From Octopus bimaculoides (Eukaryota), in the NCBI RefSeq assembly GCF_001194135.2, contig NC_068982.1, forward strand, positions 181,324,284 through 181,380,158: a DNA stretch of 55,875 nt, read 5' to 3'. The notes under the pieces are model-generated. The model did no database searches and was not told the DNA's origin. It saw nothing but the letters and a program-made list of their open reading frames with translations. Shown here piece after piece: positions 48,243-55,875 of this stretch. Made by a program: the position numbers and the translations under genes. The number at the start of each line of letters is the position of its first letter. Position 1 is the stretch's first letter.

Positions 48243-50273
48243 CTGATGACGACAGAATATAATGATCTTAAAAGACTGATATGCTATATCTTAGTTCTAG
48301 AATAATTATTAGTCTGAAATTACCAGCGTAAATAATTACAGAACACCAACCGTTATCTTTTTCATTGTGCATGTGAGTGTTTATTACACCTTTTACTATT
48401 CACGACAAAACCTCAAGTTTACGTTTTGAGATATTTTACACACATCTGGAAGAGCTATTTGGTAAATTCTTCATATTTCTGCTTTCTCATTTACTTTATT
48501 GACACTGAATATTATAGTCTAATTCGACTCCATGTGTCAAAGGGAAATAATATAGAGCATGAATTATACTTTTGTTACAGTGTGGTTGTGGCTATTCGGT
48601 GTGAACGAACGGTGAGTGTTATTTAACTGCGATTGGGGAATATTTGATTAAAACAGATCATTGACAAATAGTTTATCATTTACTTCTCGTTAAAGAATTG
48701 TTTTCCTTGTGAAAGAGATAACTATCGATAATCGTTAAATATACTATTTGATCAAAGAGCAAATTTCAATCACTGCTAGCAACCTGCTGGTAAAATGCTT
48801 TACTATTATGCAGTGCAACAGCAGACAATTACGATGAAGATTTTCGCAATGATTTTTATTTAAACTTAGAAAAACGAAACGATTGAAGCTCTTTGAAAAG
48901 AAAACAAAACATTCCACTGAATAGCAATAAAGAGCGCATTGTAATCAACTTATGTAATGGAATATTTTATTTCTTTCACGTGATTGAAAGCATTCGAAAG
49001 ATTTTGTCCATTATTTTTGAAATAATACCATTGGGTTAGATATGCTGCACACTTCCATAATATTTGCCAACATATTTCTGATTTAATGAAAGAGAGAAAT
49101 ATGCTCCTCTGATAAATGGCTTCCTATTATTTATTGCATAAGCGAGAGCATCGTTTTAAGCATACATTTAACAATGTGTGTAACAAGTTGAGATAGTTTA
49201 GTTGCCAACTACCCAAAAAATATTTATTCAGCAATTTGAAAACGCAAATGTCAGGAAAAATACTTAAAAGCCTAAGAACATAACACGTCTATTCCCTGAT
49301 CGTTACTAGTTCCTATGGGTTTCCTCTTCCGATACACGTTGTTAGTTTGCACAAAGATTCAGGGAAATTCATGATATCATCAAGGCTCCTTTTTTTACTT
49401 TTAATATGGAAGCTAATAATATGCAAGAACAAATGCATAGAGTTAAAATTCTGATTCATGTAAATGTCACTACGCTATGTGGGGTGGGTACCTGGAAAGA
49501 TATATACCAAATACATCGTTTATCTTTATTTATTAGGATTGGGTTACTTCACAACTAAATACATTGTATGCAACTTGCATTCAAATTTACCTTTCACAAT
49601 ACTTATACACTTTTGAAGAGGTTTGAAGCTTTATCTTGTCCCCTTGAACAAGCAAACTGCTCATATGTCAATAGCAACGTGAGTACAATCTCTTTCTTTC
49701 CATTCTCTCTGAATATCATATATATGTATATATATGTATGCATACATATGTATATGTGTATATATATATATATATNNNNNNNNNNNNNNNNNNNNNNNNN
49801 NNNNNNNNNNNNNNNNNNNNNNNNNNNNNNNNNNNNNNNNNNNNNNNNNNNNNNNNNNNNNNNNNNNNNNNNNNNNNNNNNNNNNNNNNNNNNNNNNNNN
49901 NNNNNNNNNNNNNNNNNNNNNNNNNNNNNNNNNNNNNNNNNNNNNNNNNNNNNNNNNNNNNNNNNNNNNNNNNNNNNNNNNNNNNNNNNNNNNNNNNNNN
50001 NNNNNNNNNNNNNNNNNNNNNNNNNNNNNNNNNNNNNNNNNNNNNNNNNNNNNNNNNNNNNNNNNNNNNNNNNNNNNNNNNNNNNNNNNNNNNNNNNNNN
50101 NNNNNNNNNNNNNNNNNNNNNNNNNNNNNNNNNNNNNNNNNNNNNAAGACAACAAAAGAAAGAAAGAGACCTCGATATTATTTCAATAGAGGAATTTACC
50201 TGTAAAAATATGTGTCACTTATTCGGTGGCCATGCTAAAACTCCGAGTTTCGGATGCCGGGGTGGGAACCCAC

Positions 50274-50310
50274 GCCAACATCTCTTCAGTTATCCGGCCA
50301 TTGAAAATTC
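50274..50310 (-). CDS. Candidate exon ((G)IFNGRITEEMLA); longer read-through form ends WVPTPASETRSFSMATE*
   Basis: Strong acceptor ATTTTTCACAG|G. Donor is GGC|GTGGGT or, further on, CAG|GTAAAT at 50200. Confidence 0.3.
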
Positions 50311-50919
50311 CTGTGAAAAATGATCGTTAAACAAAGGAAAATTACTGTGTGGTCGACCTTTATTAAGACAAAAGTTCTATAGACCCTAAGTAAGAGAATG
50401 GGGTAAAGGTAAGGGGGTAGGCAAGTCCATAGTGTTCGCATAAGCGCACCAATCCGTACATTCACTTATAGGTATATACTAAACCGCCCTCACTTGAAAC
50501 ACACACACGCTCACCCAAATACTAGCCAAAAACTATACATATGTGTGCAAATTAGATATATATACCCGCATACACGGGTATACCTGCATACACAACCACA
50601 CACACACGCACTCAACATTTATGAATGTGTGCGTGTGTATGGGCACGTGCGTATATAGATTTATGTTCGTGCGTGCGAAAATATGCCCATATTAGACGCG
50701 TTTTAACCTTATAGCTTTCTCACACTTTCTTCTGAATTTTGCTTTTAGCCCAATAAATTCTTTTTATGCCTGCGTGTGAACGGGTGTGCGGTTGTGTACG
50801 GGTGTGAGTGTGTGGGTGAGTATGTGTGTTTCCAGCGAGGGTGGTTTAGTATTTGGAATGATCAATTTCAAAGTCCGTTAAATTTTACTCATGCGGTATT
50901 GGAATCTTATATGTATACC

Positions 50920-51093
50920 ATTCTGCTTAAACAATGGATTTACAAATACATTATCCCTGCATTCACTCTCTAAATTAACTATTGCTTAACCATTCTCTCA
51001 CACCGTCTTCGATGAAGGGATATAATAAATATTCCTGGAAACAGGTGTAAGACCTTCTATTTATAAATGTTCTAAAATATATACAGCCTTGGT
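50920..51093 (+). repeat. Second copy of the hammerhead-bearing repeat (motif at 51005-51053)
   Basis: See 41275-41470; this copy has a ~16-bp internal deletion. Confidence 0.9.
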
Positions 51094-51147
51094 TTTGTAA
51101 AACACACACACACACACACGCACACACACGCACACACACACAGACAC

Positions 51148-51180
<33 letters not shown>

Positions 51181-51772
51181 NNNNNNNNNNNNNNNNNNNN
51201 NNNNNNNNNNNNNNNNNNNNNNNNNNNNNNNNNNNNNNNNNNNNNNNNNNNNNNNNNNNNNNNNNNNNNNNNNNNNNNNNNNNNNNNNNNNNNNNNNNNN
51301 NNNNNNNNNNNNNNNNNNNNNNNNNNNNNNNNNNNNNNNNNNNNNNNNNNNNNNNNNNNNNNNNNNNNNNNNNNNNNNNNNNNNNNNNNNNNNNNNNNNN
51401 NNNNNNNNNNNNNNNNNNNNNNNNNNNNNNNNNNNNNNNNNNNNNNNNNNNNNNNNNNNNNNNNNNNNNNNNNNNNNNNNNNNNNNNNNNNNNNNNNNNN
51501 NNNNNNNNNNNNNNNNNNNNNNNNNNNNNNNNNNNNNNNNNNNNNNNNNNNNNNNNNNNNNNNNNNNNNNNNNNNNNNNNNNNNNNNNNNNNNNNNNNNN
51601 NNNNNNNNNNNNNNNNNNNNNNNNNNNNNNNNNNNNNNNNNNNNNNNNNNNNNNNNNNNNNNNNNNNNNNNNNNNNNNNNNNNNNNNNNNNNNNNNNNNN
51701 NNNNNNNNNNNNNNNNNNNNNNNNNNNNNNNNNNNNNNNNNNNNNNNNNNNNNNNNNNNNNNNNNNNNNNNN

Positions 51773-53124
51773 AACCAGTGAGGCAGTTACAATGGAATAC
51801 ATCAACATTAGCGAAGAAGATGTACTACTAGCTATACATGAAGTGGACACAAACTCAACTGCTGGCCCTGATGGTTTCCCAGCAATCCTCCTTAAATCGT
51901 GTAAACATGCCCTGGCAAGACCCCTCCAGATCCTCTTCCAGAGCTTCCTCGCAAACGGCAGACTGCCAAGCATGCTAAAGGAGGGAATAATATGTCCAAT
52001 CCATAAAGGGGGAAGCAGAGCAGATGCCAAAAACTATAGGCCTATCTCTCTGACTTCACACATCAGCAAGGTCATGGAAAGTCAGAGGAAAACTAATTGC
52101 ATTCCTTGAAGAAAATAAATTGCTGAGTGATACCCAGCATGGCTTTCGACCAGGTAGGAGCTGCCTGACCCAGCTCTTACAACATTATGACTGGGTGTTG
52201 AGGCAGTTACTCAACAACTCAAAAGTGGACGTAATATACCTTGATTTTGCAAAAGCGTTTAACAAGGTGGATCATGGTGTGATATGCCACACGCTGCGTG
52301 ATCTTGGCATAGCTGGAAAACTTGGAGAGTGGTTAGATGACTTTCTGAAAGATAGAAGTCAGGCAGTAGTGGCTAATGGAGCCACCTCTATGAAAACACA
52401 AATAATGAGCGGTGTTCCACAGGGCACTGTCTTGGGACCATTGCTTTTTATAGTCGCTCTCTCAGATATGCCTTCAAGTGCCCGGATAGCCACACTTGCA
52501 AGCTACGCAGACGATACGAAAGTCTCGCAGAAAATACAGAACTCCAGTGATGTTGCACACCTGCAGCAGGAGTTGGACTCAGTTTACAGATGGGCTGAGG
52601 ATAATAATATGCAGTTTAATGCTGAAAAATTCCAAGCTCTGCGCTACCAACGCCCAAAACTGAATATGAANNNNNNNNNNNNNNNNNNNNNNNNNNNNNN
52701 NNNNNNNNNNNNNNNNNNNNNNNNNNNNNNNNNNNNNNNNNNNNNNNNNNNNNNNNNNNNNNNNNNNNNNNNNNNNNNNNNNNNNNNNNNNNNNNNNNNN
52801 NNNNNNNNNNNNNNNNNNNNNNNNNNNNNNNNNNNNNNNNNNNNNNNNNNNNNNNNNNNNNNNNNNNNNNNNNNNNNNNNNNNNNNNNNNNNNNNNNNNN
52901 NNNNNNNNNNNNNNNNNNNNNNNNNNNNNNNNNNNNNNNNNNNNNNNNNNNNNNNNNNNNNNNNNNNNNNNNNNNNNNNNNNNNNNNNNNNNNNNNNNNN
53001 NNNNNNNNNNNNNNNNNNTCTTCACCAAGTGCCACAAATTGTAAGAGGCTACCTGTAATAACAGTGTAGGAACACAGCGGTGTATCAGCATGGCCGCAGC
53101 TTTAAGCTGAAAATATAATAATAA

Positions 53125-53125
<1 letters not shown>
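51773..53125 (+). mobile_element. CR1-type LINE, relatively intact RT and 3' end, interrupted by gaps
   Basis: AGPDGFPAILLK; NYRPISLTSHISKVME (frameshift); QHGFRPGRSC; YLDFAKAFNKVDH; SGVPQGTVLGPLLF; YADDTK; MQFNAEKF. After the gap: LHQVPQ and tail CAGCATGGCCGCAGCTTTAAGCTGAAA. Confidence 0.93.
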
Positions 53126-53170
<45 letters not shown>

Positions 53171-53743
53171 TAGATGTGACTAAGGGGCCTAAAAACAATA
53201 TTGCTAGAAATAGGAGTAAAATGATCCTTGCACTGTAAGAAGAGCGCAAATGTATACACATACTCTGACAGGGGAAGAAACCTCCCCATGACAGAATCTC
53301 GAATCTCTGAGATAAAACGTTCGGTTACTCATTTTTCCGGACGCTTCATCTGCCGATCAGCTGGTGTCGGCTAATTCCGCCTGTCATCATATATGTATTT
53401 ACCATAGAAGTTTACGAATGATTTAGTGGAAGGCTAAATCATCCATAGATGTTTGTATCGTTTATTTAGTATACTTATTACCGTTCCACAAAATCATCCA
53501 TAGATTTCGAGGGAAACTATAAATATGGGGACAGGCAGATTTAGCCCATTCCAGTGAATCGCACGGCTCTCACTATGTAGCATACGGAAATACATTTAGT
53601 CTGAAAGATTCTAGATTCGGTTATGGGATAGCTTCTTCCACTTACAGCCTAAGTTTATACATCATATAATACTTATTATATACATTCATTTGTTATTTAT
53701 TGTTGGTTGATATATACATTCATTTATTATTATTGTTGTATTT

Positions 53744-53858
53744 TAACCTGAAGATTAGCTATACTTTTGAATAGAATTGATTTTCGATAGTTTTAATCGG
53801 TTTTAATCGATTTGAATTTCTTTCTATTTGAAAATTGATTATGAAACACGTGTAGTCA
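53744..53858 (+). ncRNA. Type I hammerhead-like motif with canonical core and an unusually long (~88-nt) helix II
   Basis: TAAC-CTGAAGA-[long imperfect stem including TTTTGAATAGAA/TTCTATTTGAAAA and TCGAT/ATCGA]-GAAAC-ACGT-GT-A-GTCA. Palindrome ACACGTGT, GUA site. Confidence 0.55.
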
Positions 53859-54060
53859 TTTTATTATCTTGATCTTATGATATTTACTTTGTATTATACT
53901 ATACTTATTTATTGTGCTTTAAATTATTAATTTTTTATATATGTGACAGGGGATTTTCATCGATGAGTTCATGAACCTTGGTTCTTTTCCCTAAAACTAT
54001 ATATTTATATATATATATATATTTAGACATACACACACTTACACAACACACACACACACA

Positions 54061-54108
<48 letters not shown>

Positions 54109-55112
54109 CATGTGTGTGTGTATGTGTGTATGTGTGTGTGTGTATGCTTATGTGAATGACATGCGTTATATTAAATAACAAAGCAAGGTGTATATAAAAG
54201 TAAAAAAAAAAACATTAATATAAACTATGTGAAACGTTTTATAATTTCGTAGTGAACAGTTGTAGTTGGGTTATCCTAAGCACAATACACTGATACATCC
54301 TCGGAGACCTGTGGACGAATTAATATATTTTATTAAACAAATTAGAGATTCTGGATATTAATATTAGTTATTTTTTAACTATGGATATAGAAAAGAGGAA
54401 TATATTAGAAGTGAAAAACTTTAACTTAAAACAGAAATTCAAAGAAATATCAGAAAATTAAGATAATCGTACATAACGAATTTCAGTTAGAAAACAAAAA
54501 CAAAAAAAACTCAGAACAAACAAAATAGAAGACTGAGAGAATAAAGAAAATAAAGGAAGAATTGTAGTAACGGAGCGGAAATCAAGAAAATATAAGTTAG
54601 TGGTGTGTTACTGGTTTGTATGGTAGTATGAAATGAACGCCGTGAAATGAAGGAACAGAGAAAAATAAGTATCGTCGACCAAACGTCAGATAAAAGAATA
54701 TTTCAGTGTAAAGAATACATGGCAAACAACGAAATATTTCAAAAGAGTAATTAGGTTAACCTAGGAAATTCTATATCTGGAAGCAATTTTGTAATATGGG
54801 GAAACGATTCGACCAGTAGTTTGTTTTGTAGTGTGTACGGTTGGTTAGACATGCAACGTGCACAAATCATGAAACTAATTAGACGTGGTACTATGAATGT
54901 ATTCAATTCTCTAAGAAGGAAAGTCTGCGTGCGTAGATATTGAACCCAGGCACATATGTTTCTCTGTACTTAGATTTATTTCAGGCGGTAGCAGTTGCCA
55001 TTCTATTCTAAATTTTTCTAGCACATGGCTTTACAAATGTTACTACATTTCCTTTTTCAGGGCATCAATCATAATCATGTAAGATATAGCGTCATATTTC
55101 TAACGACATTTA

Positions 55113-55215
<103 letters not shown>

Positions 55216-55291
55216 NNNNNNNNNNNNNNNNNNNNNNNNNNNNNNNNNNNNNNNNNNNNNNNNNNNNNNNNNNNNNNNNNNNNNNNNNNNN

Positions 55292-55353
<62 letters not shown>

Positions 55354-55831
55354 CTGTCTGTCTGTTTGCGTGTGTATGTGTGTGTGTGTTTACATATATA
55401 TATGCATATATATTATATGATGTGGGAGTGTATGCGCCTTTTTGTTTGTACCTATGCTGGTATATATGTGTGTATTGTTTCTTATATTTGGTTAATATAC
55501 AATTATTTCTTTCCATCAATATTCCAAAAAAAAAATTACCCTTATAACAAATCATTAATGGACTCAGATAATTCTTCCCTTCCCCCCAAAAACCCGTTTA
55601 TTGCAAGAAACCAATTGATTAACGTTTTCAATTTCATAACAAAAATGCTATAGTTAATAACATTATAGAATGAATTGCACATTAATTGTAATTGCACGAA
55701 AATGGTAAAATACATAACGCACTCATGCGTATATGCACAATAACTCAAATGCATGCATGCACGCACGTTTGTGTATGTATATATGTATACATTCATGCAC
55801 ACACTAACACACACACACACACACACACATA

Positions 55832-55875
<44 letters not shown>

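Overview
AT-rich, microsatellite-dense animal genomic DNA with 11 assembly gaps, most abutting microsatellites. The SINE families and repeat style point to an octopus genome; this is recognition, not a database result. No complete protein-coding gene is present, and most ORF-track entries are microsatellite, gap or antisense artefacts. The window is mainly decayed transposons: two mariner remnants, a Tc1, a maT/Tc3-like fragment, four Penelope-like (PLE) GIY-YIG fragments, an R4/Dong-like LINE, a ~4 kb Tx1/L1-clade LINE, two CR1-type LINEs, a Gypsy element with one candidate LTR, and about eight tRNA-derived SINEs. The main signal outside the ORF track is a set of six type I hammerhead-ribozyme (HHR) motifs from about five unrelated repeat families, plus two degenerate ones. 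Their helix III palindromes differ between families (ACGT, ACTAGT, ACAGCTGT, ACACGTGT, and ACCGGT in a degenerate copy). The best candidate (18054-18089, minus) has a compensatory U3:A8 core and lies in a 359-bp tandem unit, which is the architecture of a retrozyme. A few GC-richer islands with good splice sites may be exons of a long-intron host gene, but strand and identity are unresolved. All translations and folds were done by eye.
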